Assembly: GCF_963977385.1 (NCBI RefSeq)
Contig: NZ_CAXBOU010000008.1
Span: 108,619-172,618, forward strand
Source: an uncultured Maribacter sp.
GTDB taxonomy: Bacteria; Bacteroidota; Bacteroidia; Flavobacteriales; Flavobacteriaceae
Direction: 5' to 3'
DNA length: 64,000 bases
Under the pieces are notes generated by a model that had not been told where the DNA came from, did not search any database, and was given only the letters and a program-made list of their open reading frames with translations. Position numbers and translations under genes: made by a program. Below, piece after piece: positions 38,346 to 47,742 of the stretch; the stretch's first letter is position 1, and the number at the start of each line of letters is the position of its first letter.

Positions 38346-38360
38346 ATGAGTCTCTTTATT

Positions 38361-39434
38361 CTAATGGCCATAATCCATATGATCTACTTTTCCTTTCATT
38401 AATCTTTTTTGAATAATCATATAAATGAAGAGGAGTATGAAACCAATAATTCCCCAATAAAGTGCTACTGATAAACTATAATCAGAAGCAGCTGTATTGT
38501 ATATTGTTAATGGTTCATGTGTATCATTAACAGAAGGCAATATCACAGGAAATAAAGATGCTAATGATGATGTAATTCCCCCAACTATTAATAAGGTTGA
38601 CAAGACAAAAGCATTGCTGTCTTTTTTGATTTTTTTAATAAAAAATAACCCAATTAAGCCTGTTAAATAAATAACTGGAAAAACAATAAGATAAGGTTTA
38701 AGAATAAAATTATCTAAAGAATTTGGATTCACTATTTGCCATACAAATAAAGAAAAGACCGTTAGAATCGTTAACGCAATGTTTAACTTAAAGATTACAC
38801 TTTTAAGCTTGTTGTTTATTGACGAATTAGTTTTTAGAATTACCCAATTAGCACCATGAATAGCTAATGTTACAACAGATATTAACCCAATAATAATTGT
38901 AAACCAATCTATGACACCAGGATGTTCAGATAAAGGACTAAAACTACTATTCCATAAGGGTAGGAAAAAATAATGTCCTTCATGTACAGATATGCCATTA
39001 TCAACACCACCTAAATTTACACCTCTTACAATATTGCCTAATGCGATACCGAAAAATAAGGCTAGTAATAAACTAGAAACTCCGAAAGATTTGTCCCAGA
39101 TATCTTTCCACATTTGGAATTTAAATTGCCCCCTTAATTCTAACCCAATAGCGCGGAAAATTATTAACCATAAAACTAGTATCAATGGTAAATAGAAACC
39201 ACTAAAAACCGAAGCATAGAATGTTGGGAATGCCATAAAAAGCATCCCACCGGCAGCGACTAACCAAACTTCATTAGAATCCCAAAATAGACCAGCAGAT
39301 TTTGCAATGACTTCTTTATCTTTTTCCTTTTTAGCAAAGAACAAATGAATAATTCCTGTTCCAAAATCATAACCATCCAAAATAAAAAATACAGCTAAAA
39401 CAGTGGCTATTAAAATGTACCAAAATATTTCCAT
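38361..39434 (-). CDS. cydB: cytochrome bd ubiquinol oxidase subunit II
   Basis: 357 aa. N-terminus WYILIATVLAVFFILDGYDFGTGI is typical of CydB. Lies 2 nt after cydA. Confidence 0.9.
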   Translation of the reverse strand: MEIFWYILIATVLAVFFILDGYDFGTGIIHLFFAKKEKDKEVIAKSAGLFWDSNEVWLVAAGGMLFMAFPTFYASVFSGFYLPLILVLWLIIFRAIGLELRGQFKFQMWKDIWDKSFGVSSLLLALFFGIALGNIVRGVNLGGVDNGISVHEGHYFFLPLWNSSFSPLSEHPGVIDWFTIIIGLISVVTLAIHGANWVILKTNSSINNKLKSVIFKLNIALTILTVFSLFVWQIVNPNSLDNFILKPYLIVFPVIYLTGLIGLFFIKKIKKDSNAFVLSTLLIVGGITSSLASLFPVILPSVNDTHEPLTIYNTAASDYSLSVALYWGIIGFILLFIYMIIQKRLMKGKVDHMDYGH

Positions 39435-39436
39435 AA

Positions 39437-40768
39437 TTAATGTGTTTTAGGTTTTGGCCCTTCGTTAATGGTTTTGCCTACTAAGATTAAGAATAAAAGT
39501 CCCAATAGCATATATAAAGCGACAAAACCAAGTAAGGTAAATAAGGTGTTGCCAGATGAAACTGTTGGGGAAATACCATCGCTAGTTCTTAGTAAACCAT
39601 ATACTAAATACGGTTGTCTACCTAACTCCGCCGTGTACCATCCGGTAAGGTTTGCTATATAAGGGAACGGAACTAAAAACATAATGATCCAAAGTAATGC
39701 TTTTGCCGTGTACAGTTTTTTACGCCATAATAGAAATGCTGCTAATGCCATTATAGCCATAAAAATTGTGCCTAAACCAACCATTATATGATACGAATAA
39801 TACAGTGCAGGAATGTTATCGGGCAATTCTTCTTTTTCGAATTTATCCATACCAACGATTTGCTTATCCCATTCTTGATAGGTTAAAAAACTTAATATGT
39901 TCGGAACGGCAATTTTGTTATCTAGTTTTTTCTCAACCATATTAGGTTGCCCAATAAGTACAATTTCTGCACCAGCGTCTTCGGTCTCAAAAATACCTTC
40001 CATAGCGGCAAAAGCTGCTGGCTGGTATTTTGCGACATTTTTCGCATTCCAATCTCCAGTAGGGAAGGCCACCAAAATACTGGAAACCAAACCGAAAATA
40101 ACTCCGGTTTTTAAAAACAGTTTTCCGTGTTCAGTCTGTTTATTTCTAAGCAGGTAAAAGGCCCCTATACTAGCGACCACGAAAGAAGAGGTGACTACAG
40201 AAGCTAATTGATTATGTAAAAAAGCGGGTAGAAGCCAAGGATTACTAAACAGTGCAGAAAAATTTTGTAAAACGAATTTTCCATTTTCCAAAATTTCATA
40301 CCCTACTGGGTGTTGCATCCAAGCATTGGTTGCTAAAATAAACCAACCACTAGCCCAAGATCCTAGAAATACTAGAAAGCCAGTTAAGAGGTGTAATTTT
40401 TGTCCCATTAACTTTTCGCCAAAAATAAATAGTGCCAAGAAAGAGGATTCTAAGAAGAAAGAAAACATGCCTTCCATGGCTAAGGTCTGCCCAATAATAC
40501 CACCTGTTAGTTCAGAGAATTTTGCCCAATTAGTGCCAAATTGAAATTCCATAGGAATTCCTGTTACGACGCCCATGGTAAAATTGATGGCAAAAATTTT
40601 CATAAAAAATTTAGCAGCATCGTTATATTTTTCAATCTTATTTCTAAGGTATTTCCATTTAAAGTAGACTATCAATAATGACAATCCCATGGTTAATTGA
40701 GGAAATATATAGTGGAATGTGATAGTAAATGCAAATTGCAGTCTATCGTAAAAAATCATGTCTTCCAT
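39437..40768 (-). CDS. cydA: cytochrome bd ubiquinol oxidase subunit I
   Basis: 443 aa. Has RLQFAFTITFHYIFP, the Q-loop region and the GWYTAELGRQPY motif. Confidence 0.92.
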   Translation of the reverse strand: MEDMIFYDRLQFAFTITFHYIFPQLTMGLSLLIVYFKWKYLRNKIEKYNDAAKFFMKIFAINFTMGVVTGIPMEFQFGTNWAKFSELTGGIIGQTLAMEGMFSFFLESSFLALFIFGEKLMGQKLHLLTGFLVFLGSWASGWFILATNAWMQHPVGYEILENGKFVLQNFSALFSNPWLLPAFLHNQLASVVTSSFVVASIGAFYLLRNKQTEHGKLFLKTGVIFGLVSSILVAFPTGDWNAKNVAKYQPAAFAAMEGIFETEDAGAEIVLIGQPNMVEKKLDNKIAVPNILSFLTYQEWDKQIVGMDKFEKEELPDNIPALYYSYHIMVGLGTIFMAIMALAAFLLWRKKLYTAKALLWIIMFLVPFPYIANLTGWYTAELGRQPYLVYGLLRTSDGISPTVSSGNTLFTLLGFVALYMLLGLLFLILVGKTINEGPKPKTH

Positions 40769-40829
40769 AATCTATATTCTTTACAGCTTTTAGGATGGTT
40801 ACAAAAGTAGACAACAGATGATTTTTAAA

Positions 40830-40845
40830 GGTAACCATTGATACA
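40830..40845 (-). promoter_or_regulatory. CRP/FNR-type box upstream of cydAB
   Basis: Gene-oriented TGTATCAATGGTTACC (one half-site degenerate). After 20 nt comes a perfect -7 box TACTTTTG (40802..40809, minus strand). Confidence 0.55.
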
Positions 40846-40957
40846 TATTTCAAAAAAATCGTACTTAAAAGCCCAATTTTAACAAGATTAAATGTTGAAT
40901 GCTTTTTTATATGAGAATGATTGATTTATAATTTTAAACACAATGTTTTTAAACGTC

Positions 40958-40997
40958 AAATCCCCTGAAATTTGAATTAACAAACTTCAGGGGATTT
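40958..40997 (-). terminator. terminator after dps
   Basis: 12-bp stem aaatcccctgaa / ttcaggggattt with a 16-nt loop. Confidence 0.7.
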
Positions 40998-41015
40998 AAG
41001 ATACTATTTTAGTAA

Positions 41016-41495
41016 TTAGTCTTTGTATGCAGATAGCATCCATACTAATTTTTCTTGTTGCACAATATAATCGCTCATTAAAGAAACTGTTCCTTCGTCT
41101 TCAGCCTCGGCAGCAATTTTAAGTGTTGCTCTCTCTTTTTTTAGTAAAATAGTCAAGCTTGCTAAAATATTATCTACAGCTATATCTCCGTCAACAACAT
41201 TTTCGATAGGCTTAATTTCTGAGTTTTCAATATACGTTGCGAAGGTATGAATAGGGGTAAAGCTCAAGGTTAGTACACGTTCAGCAATTTCATCAACCTT
41301 AATTAAAGCGTCATTGTATAATTCCTCGAACTTAAGGTGAAGCTCAAAAAACTTTCTTCCTTTAATATTCCAATGAAAACCTCTAAGGTTCATATAGAAC
41401 ATTTGATAATTCGATAGTACATCATTTAAGTGATTAGCGATATCATTTGAACTTTTTTTATCTAATCCGATATTTGATAGTTCTGTATTCGTCAT
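41016..41495 (-). CDS. dps: Dps family DNA-protection/ferritin-like protein
   Basis: 159 aa. Contains LNDVLSNYQMFYMNLRGFHWNIKG..F..LH..FEE, which carries the ferroxidase-centre residues. Confidence 0.9.
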   Translation of the reverse strand: MTNTELSNIGLDKKSSNDIANHLNDVLSNYQMFYMNLRGFHWNIKGRKFFELHLKFEELYNDALIKVDEIAERVLTLSFTPIHTFATYIENSEIKPIENVVDGDIAVDNILASLTILLKKERATLKIAAEAEDEGTVSLMSDYIVQQEKLVWMLSAYKD

Positions 41496-41590
41496 GGTAT
41501 TTAGGTTTAAAGAATTTTTATAATTATTAATAGATAAAAATTATAGATAAATTAATTTTCGATAAAGATAATCTATAATAAAAAAGGGAA

Positions 41591-41606
41591 GGGTAACTTA
41601 GGTTAC
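41591..41606 (-). promoter_or_regulatory. CRP/FNR-type box upstream of dps
   Basis: Gene-oriented TGTAACCTAAGTTACC. After 20 nt comes the -7-like TATCTTTA (41563..41570, minus strand). Confidence 0.65.
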
Positions 41607-41710
41607 ATAAATCTTTTTTTAACTTTTTTTAACAATAAAAATGGAGGTGTTAAGACAATGATTAAGTTCATCGTTCTGCGATAATGAGTTTATCTTAATT
41701 ATTCTGTTTA

Positions 41711-41726
41711 TGTGACCAAAGTCACA
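41711..41726 (+). promoter_or_regulatory. CRP/FNR-type box upstream of 41760 / TonB-dependent receptor unit
   Basis: TGTGACCAAAGTCACA, a perfect CRP-like TGTGA-N6-TCACA. After 21 nt comes a perfect -7 box TAATTTTG (41748..41755), only 4 nt before the ATG at 41760. Confidence 0.7.
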
Positions 41727-41759
41727 TTTTGAACCAATTGTGGTCATTAATTTTGCCGC

Positions 41760-42137
41760 ATGAGATTGTCTGGTTTTATCATATCGACTTTTTTTGTGAT
41801 TATTGCTCTGGCGAGTAGTCTTAAGACAGCTAGTGTTATGAGCTATTATGCACTATTTACCGATGATTTTGTAGAACGATTTTGCGAAAATACAGCTCGA
41901 CCAGAAATGCATTGTGATGGTAAATGTGCTTTATCAAAAATGTTACTGCAAGAAGCAGGGGATGATCAGACGCCGATAAATCTAGATTGGTTGAAAAACG
42001 AAACCGTACTATTTGTCGGTCCGCTAATTACCTTTAATTTTTTACAGTTACCTCGAAAAGAATTAAATAAACTACAATATAGTGTTCTATATGATTTTCA
42101 TTTTTCGAAACGCATAATTCATCCTCCCCAATTTTAG
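41760..42137 (+). CDS. membrane-anchored hypothetical protein with Cys motif
   Basis: 125 aa with an N-terminal TM helix and the motif FCENTARPEMHCDGKCALSK. Precedes the TonB-dependent receptor. The start may be leaderless. Confidence 0.5.
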   Translation: MRLSGFIISTFFVIIALASSLKTASVMSYYALFTDDFVERFCENTARPEMHCDGKCALSKMLLQEAGDDQTPINLDWLKNETVLFVGPLITFNFLQLPRKELNKLQYSVLYDFHFSKRIIHPPQF

Positions 42138-42221
42138 GAATTTTATTCTCCATTTAATGAAGCCAACACTATTACTTATGGTGTTTTGGCATATTCCTAT
42201 ACATAATTTAAACATTTACAA

Positions 42222-44519
42222 ATGAACCTAAAATATTTTTGGGTGCTCTCAGTATTACTATTGGGGAACCTAACAAACGCACAAAATTTAAAAGGACAGA
42301 TTATATCAGAAATTAATAAAGAACCCTTAGTAGGGGCTCACATACTAGCCAAAAATGGAAAGGCAGCCTATTCTGATTCTGAAGGAAATTTCGAAATTAG
42401 AATTCCAGAAGAAGGTACTGTACTAACCATTTCCTTTATGGGGTATAAAACAATAGTACAAGAGGTAACCCTTAGTAACGAGCGCTTAGCTATTGCAATG
42501 CAAGAAGCTCCAATAATTATTAACGGTGTAATGGTTACCGGTAATGCGAAAACGGACCCTATACTTTTTCTAGAAACCAATGATTATGTCAAGAATATTG
42601 TACAGCCAAGAAATGTAGCCGATTTGTTTCAAGATATCAATGGTTTTTCATTAATTAAACGTGGTAACTATGCTATTGACCCAAGTTTTAGGGCAACACA
42701 ATACGAACAATTAAATGTTCAATTTGATGGTGGAACCAAGGCTATGCACGCCTGTCCCAATCGTATGGATCCTATTACTACACATGTGATTCCTGAAGAA
42801 ATCGAAAAAATCGAAATCATAAAGGGACCTTATACGGTGCGTTACGGAGCTACTTTTGGAGGCATTATTAATATGGTTACTAAAAAGCCTACAGATGAAG
42901 ATTATGGTATTCATGGTAGCGTAGATGGTGGTTTTGAAAGTAATGGCGGCTCTATCGTGTCAATGGCACGTTTACAACAGGCCACCGAGAAGTATGATAT
43001 TGTAGGCAACGTAGGGTTTCGTGATTTTGGTAACTATGAAGATGGTGACGGCGTTGAAATACCTTCTTCATTTAGAAGTTTAGATTACGGAATTAAAGCT
43101 GGGTATAATTTTACAAAACAACAACGTCTTCAAGCACATTGGAGACAATCGTATGGGCGTGATGTGTTACATGCCGGTTTACCCATGGATACAGAAAAAG
43201 ATAATAGTAGTATTCTATCTTTAGATTACAAACTAAATGGTTTAACTGGTTTAGTAAAGAGTGTTGACGCTAAAGTGTACTACAGTTTTGTTGATCATAT
43301 TATGAGCAATAAGAATAGACCTAGTTTTATGATGACAGATGCCTTGTCTGAAATAGATGCTACCACAGCAGGTGGTAAAGTCGAATTGAAATTAAAGCCA
43401 ACCGAAAAAATGACGGTGTACACGGGTCTCGATTTTCTTGGTATAGCTAGAGATGGTGAACGTACTAGATTAGTAAAGAGAAATGCTATGGGGGCTTTAG
43501 CAACCCCAGTTCTTTTTACCGATAAGGTTTGGCAAGATTCTTATATCAACGATTTAGGGGTATTTGTTGAAAGTAAATATCATTTAACTTCAAAAACCAT
43601 TGCAACTGTGGGTTTACGTTATGATAATGTGACCTCAGAAATTAAAGATTCGGCAGAAGATTTTCAAGCCTTATATCCAAATTTAGATAAACGTACAGAG
43701 CATAATATTAGTGGTACTGCATCTTTAAAGTATGCACTATCTACTCAGTTTATAATGGAGTTGGCATATGGTAGGGGAGTTCGTTCTGCAAACATGATAG
43801 AACGTGTTATAAATCATTTTACGGTTGGTCAAGATTCGTACGAATATATTGGTAATCCGAATTTAGATGCAGAAGTTAACAATCAATTCGAAATTGGTTT
43901 TAAGGGTAGTTTACCAATATCAGATTTAAATTCAGATAGGTTTAATTACAGTACTTCCTTTTACTATTCATTATATGAGAATTATATAGTTGCGGTAATT
44001 GATGAAACTCAAACTAGAAAGTACATGCCCATGCTTGAGCCGGTAAACCCTAAAGTGTTTCGCAATTTAGATGGAGCCTATAAAACAGGGTTTGAGATTA
44101 GTGGAGGAATTGATTTCTTAGAGGATTTTAATTTTACCACGGCATTAGCATATGTATATGCCAAGAATAAAGATTTAAATGAGTCTTTACCATTAGTGCC
44201 ACCATTAACAACTCGATTTAAATTACAATATGAAAAGGAGAAATTTTGGGTAAATGTAAATTATACGATTACGTCTAAGCAGGAAGATATAGCGCCTTCT
44301 TTTGGTGAGCAAATTACTGCTGGTTATGAAGTTATGGATGTTCGTTTTGGAGTTGTTCCTATCAAGAATGTGACTTTAGGATTTGCGGTATTGAATGTAT
44401 TTGATAAGACATATAATAACCACTTAAATTTTTCTTTCAATAATCAGGCAGCATTTGGTACGGTGCCTATTAATGACCCTGGTAGAAACTTAACAGCCTT
44501 TGCGCAGTACAAATTTTAA
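42222..44519 (+). CDS. TonB-dependent receptor with N-terminal carboxypeptidase-regulatory-like domain
   Basis: 765 aa with a signal peptide, a CarbopepD_reg-like start (GQIISEINKEPLVGAHI), a plug domain and a C-terminal beta-barrel ending ...AQYKF. Confidence 0.9.
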   Translation: MNLKYFWVLSVLLLGNLTNAQNLKGQIISEINKEPLVGAHILAKNGKAAYSDSEGNFEIRIPEEGTVLTISFMGYKTIVQEVTLSNERLAIAMQEAPIIINGVMVTGNAKTDPILFLETNDYVKNIVQPRNVADLFQDINGFSLIKRGNYAIDPSFRATQYEQLNVQFDGGTKAMHACPNRMDPITTHVIPEEIEKIEIIKGPYTVRYGATFGGIINMVTKKPTDEDYGIHGSVDGGFESNGGSIVSMARLQQATEKYDIVGNVGFRDFGNYEDGDGVEIPSSFRSLDYGIKAGYNFTKQQRLQAHWRQSYGRDVLHAGLPMDTEKDNSSILSLDYKLNGLTGLVKSVDAKVYYSFVDHIMSNKNRPSFMMTDALSEIDATTAGGKVELKLKPTEKMTVYTGLDFLGIARDGERTRLVKRNAMGALATPVLFTDKVWQDSYINDLGVFVESKYHLTSKTIATVGLRYDNVTSEIKDSAEDFQALYPNLDKRTEHNISGTASLKYALSTQFIMELAYGRGVRSANMIERVINHFTVGQDSYEYIGNPNLDAEVNNQFEIGFKGSLPISDLNSDRFNYSTSFYYSLYENYIVAVIDETQTRKYMPMLEPVNPKVFRNLDGAYKTGFEISGGIDFLEDFNFTTALAYVYAKNKDLNESLPLVPPLTTRFKLQYEKEKFWVNVNYTITSKQEDIAPSFGEQITAGYEVMDVRFGVVPIKNVTLGFAVLNVFDKTYNNHLNFSFNNQAAFGTVPINDPGRNLTAFAQYKF

Positions 44520-44524
44520 TACCT

Positions 44525-44554
44525 AAAAAGGGGACCACATTTGGTCCCCTTTTT
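44525..44554. terminator. bidirectional rho-independent terminator
   Basis: aaaaaggggacca-catt-tggtccccttttt. Lies between the convergent receptor and DsrE-like genes. Confidence 0.9.
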
Positions 44555-44580
44555 AAATATAATATCCTTCAATATTCTTC

Positions 44581-45108
44581 TTATGGCATTAAAATATAAC
44601 CATCAAGTTGGTAATTGGCAAGCACCATCATAGCCGATAAACCTAATTCTGTATTTGGGTTTAAATCTTCTGCACCAATACCTCTAGATGCTGTAGCTTG
44701 GGCACATACTATTAGTTTTACACCGTAATCTTTTAAAAGTTGAATAACTTCTGCATTTGGGTTTTCCTTTTCGTATTTGGCTTTATACTTAGCATCGTTT
44801 AAAGCGGTAAATGTAGCCCCACCATGTATAGCTGCTACAATATTTACTTTATCGGCAGAAATACCATTAATACCTAGCATGTTAATCATACGTGCAATTT
44901 TAAAATATCCAATATTAGACCCTTCCATTTCTCGATCGTCTTTTAGGTCAAAAACGATATTGTATTCCTTATCAGCATCTGGTAGTGTAGTCACATCTTT
45001 AAAATCTTTAATTTTTCCGTAACCATCTATTACAGGAGTAATCCATTCTTGTGCAGATGAGAGTTGTGTAGCCATAATTGCTATTAAAATTAAAAGTACT
45101 TTTTTCAT
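44581..45108 (-). CDS. secreted DsrE/DsrF-like sulfur-relay family protein
   Basis: 175 aa with a signal peptide. DsrE-like pattern (NIVFDL...VAAIHGGAT...VCAQA). Confidence 0.65.
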   Translation of the reverse strand: MKKVLLILIAIMATQLSSAQEWITPVIDGYGKIKDFKDVTTLPDADKEYNIVFDLKDDREMEGSNIGYFKIARMINMLGINGISADKVNIVAAIHGGATFTALNDAKYKAKYEKENPNAEVIQLLKDYGVKLIVCAQATASRGIGAEDLNPNTELGLSAMMVLANYQLDGYILMP

Positions 45109-45219
45109 GAGTTTGTAGAATTTTAAATTAGTGTAGTTTGGTTATAAATATATGATGATAGCTACTAATGTCCGTTATTTTTTAAAGTAATAAAAGTAAG
45201 TAGGGTTATTTAACGCTAC

Positions 45220-45235
45220 TGTAACTCATGTTACT
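45220..45235. promoter_or_regulatory. single CRP/FNR-type box shared by divergent promoters (dsrE-like / dihaem cytochrome)
   Basis: TGTAACTCATGTTACT. There are 21 nt to TAGATTGG (45257..45264, plus strand) and 21 nt to TACTTTTA (45191..45198, minus strand). Confidence 0.65.
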
Positions 45236-45311
45236 GTCATTATTAAATTGAATTTCTAGATTGGTTGACTAAATTAGTATCACAATAATTTTATAAGCTC
45301 GTTGCACAGGT

Positions 45312-46349
45312 ATGGAAGAATTTAGAACATTGACCAAAAAACTATATCATCTCTTTATAGTGGTTTTTATATTGGTCATGACCATATTTATAATGTTACT
45401 TATCTACGAGCCTAAATCTGAAAGTTATACCCCAATAATAACTGATGAAATTACTTCTATAACTATTTGGAAACCTAAAGATGCTATTACTGAAATTCCT
45501 AATATGTCCAAAGTGGTAAAAAAAGGATATTACTTGATTGCGGAGACGTCAAAGTATATGGGACCTAATGCCGAGAATGCCGAAGACCGATATAGTGGAA
45601 ATAATTTAGCATGTGCCAATTGCCACCTGCAAAAAGGAGCTCAAGCGGGCTCTGGTTCTTGGGTAGGTATTTTAGAACGATTTCCTCAATTTGGAGGTCG
45701 TGGTAATAGAGAAGGTACTATTCAAGATCGAATCAACGGTTGTATGGAACGCAGTATGAACGGTAAGATGCTTCCTGAAGATTCTGATAAAATGACCGCT
45801 ATTGTAGCCTATATGGATTGGTTGGGAGAAGGATTACCAGATAATAGAAAAGCAGAATTTAAAGGCTACCCAAAGATCGAGATTCCGAATGTTGCGGTAG
45901 ATTTAGATAAAGGCAGGGACGTATATAACAAAGAGTGTATAATTTGTCATGCAGAAAATGGAGCGGGAGTACTAAATCCAATGGATGGTAAAACCTATAC
46001 GTATCCGCCATTATGGGGGCCAGATAGTTTCAATGACGGAGCAGGAATGAATAGGGTAATTACTTCTGCAGAATTCATAAAAAGTAATATGCCTTATTTA
46101 CAGGCAACTTGGGATAATCCTAAATTGACAGATGAAGAGGCTTATCATGTGGCGGGATATATTAATAGTTTTGCAAGACCACATAAGGCAAATAAAGAAA
46201 ATGATTACCCCAATAAAAAATTAAAACCGGTATCTACTCCTTATGGTCCTTGGGTTGACGATTTTTCTCCAGAACAACACAAATACGGACCATTTCCACC
46301 TATAATGGAGTTTTACGAGAAAGAATACGGTATTACTAAAACGAAATAG
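45312..46349 (+). CDS. dihaem c-type cytochrome, TsdA-like (thiosulfate dehydrogenase family candidate)
   Basis: 345 aa with an N-terminal TM/signal anchor. Two CxxCH sites (CANCH, CIICH). The segment TIQDRINGCMERSMNG resembles the region carrying the Cys haem ligand in TsdA/SoxA-type cytochromes. Confidence 0.55.
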   Translation: MEEFRTLTKKLYHLFIVVFILVMTIFIMLLIYEPKSESYTPIITDEITSITIWKPKDAITEIPNMSKVVKKGYYLIAETSKYMGPNAENAEDRYSGNNLACANCHLQKGAQAGSGSWVGILERFPQFGGRGNREGTIQDRINGCMERSMNGKMLPEDSDKMTAIVAYMDWLGEGLPDNRKAEFKGYPKIEIPNVAVDLDKGRDVYNKECIICHAENGAGVLNPMDGKTYTYPPLWGPDSFNDGAGMNRVITSAEFIKSNMPYLQATWDNPKLTDEEAYHVAGYINSFARPHKANKENDYPNKKLKPVSTPYGPWVDDFSPEQHKYGPFPPIMEFYEKEYGITKTK

Positions 46350-46354
46350 GCTTT

Positions 46355-47692
46355 ATGCGAATACTATTAATACTCTTTATTTGCTTGCCTATTTTTTCTT
46401 TGGGACAAGATTCTGTTGCTACTAAGAAGAAAGGAAATCTTTCTGGACAATGGCGTACGTATTATATGATGACGGCTAACAAAGATGATTTAAAGGATTT
46501 TAATGCTTTGGCCACAGGTGGTAAATTAAAATATCAATATGACATTTTAGACAATTTAGAATTAGGAGCAGCCTTATATAATACCACCAATTTAGGGTTA
46601 CAAAATTTAACTGTTCCTGATAATACTACCGGTAGAATTAGCAGATATGAAGAAGGATTGTTTGATAGATTGAACCTTAGTAATGATGCTGTTTTTTTAT
46701 TAGGGGAATTATATGTGAAATATAAATTGAACCAGCATGCCTTTACACTAGGGCGAATGAAAATAAATACACCACTTATAAACCCTGAAGATGGTAGAAT
46801 GATACCCACTTTAGTGCAAGGGTTTTGGTATAATTATAAAGCGAGTAAAAGTACTTTTCAATTGGGGTTATTAAATGAAATAGCACCAAGATCTACAGGT
46901 CAATTTTACGGAATTGGTGAGAGTATAGGTACATATCCGGTTGGTAGAAACAAGGGTGGTAATGCTTCTCAATATTCAGATAATTCGGAGTCAGATTATA
47001 TTTTAATGTTTAATGCAGATTTTGAAATAGCTAAGAATTTAAAGCTAAATGTATGGAACCAATATGTAGATAATGTGTTCAATTCTATCTACATTAAACC
47101 TTCTTTGAAGATATCTGAATCTGTACAAATAGAAGGGGAGTGGTTACACCTGAATAAGATTGGAGATGGTGGTAATTCTTTAGATTCGCTCCGCTATTTT
47201 AATCAGAATACAGCAGATGTTTTAGGGTTAAAGATTGCTTATAAAAAAAAGGGAGGGTTGGTGAGCTTAGCTTATAATAGAATATTGCCACAAGGTCAAT
47301 TTTTATCTCCAAGGGAATGGGGTAGAGAAGATTTGTTCAGTTTTCAAAAGCGAGAGCGTAGCGAAGGCTCTGCCGATAATCACGCTTTGGTTCTGAACTA
47401 TAAAAATGAGTTCGAAATACTAAAAGAGGATCTAAACCTAACTTCAATATTAAGTATTGGTAAGCATTGGAAACCAGCAGTAACCAATGCTGTTCTTAAT
47501 AAATATGCCATGCCAGATTATACGCATATTAACTTAGATATATTCTTCTATATTAAAAAATTAAAGCACTTTAAACCAGAGCTTTTACTTACTTCAAAAA
47601 TTGGTAATGGTGATATTCCAGATAATCCTAACTTCTATTTTAATAAGGTAGATATGTTTCATGTAGACGTAATACTCAACTATAACTTTTAA
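46355..47692 (+). CDS. outer-membrane porin-like beta-barrel protein
   Basis: 445 aa with a signal peptide. Alternating beta-strand pattern and a C-terminal aromatic residue (…NYNF). Lies 5 nt after the cytochrome gene. Confidence 0.5.
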   Translation: MRILLILFICLPIFSLGQDSVATKKKGNLSGQWRTYYMMTANKDDLKDFNALATGGKLKYQYDILDNLELGAALYNTTNLGLQNLTVPDNTTGRISRYEEGLFDRLNLSNDAVFLLGELYVKYKLNQHAFTLGRMKINTPLINPEDGRMIPTLVQGFWYNYKASKSTFQLGLLNEIAPRSTGQFYGIGESIGTYPVGRNKGGNASQYSDNSESDYILMFNADFEIAKNLKLNVWNQYVDNVFNSIYIKPSLKISESVQIEGEWLHLNKIGDGGNSLDSLRYFNQNTADVLGLKIAYKKKGGLVSLAYNRILPQGQFLSPREWGREDLFSFQKRERSEGSADNHALVLNYKNEFEILKEDLNLTSILSIGKHWKPAVTNAVLNKYAMPDYTHINLDIFFYIKKLKHFKPELLLTSKIGNGDIPDNPNFYFNKVDMFHVDVILNYNF

Positions 47693-47708
47693 AAAGACTA
47701 AAAAAAAC

Positions 47709-47733
47709 CCCCATTTCAATGGGGATTGTTTTT
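47709..47733. terminator. weak terminator hairpin
   Basis: ccccat-ttca-atgggg followed by ttgttttt. Lies between convergent genes. Confidence 0.45.
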
Positions 47734-47742
47734 GGTAGTAAA

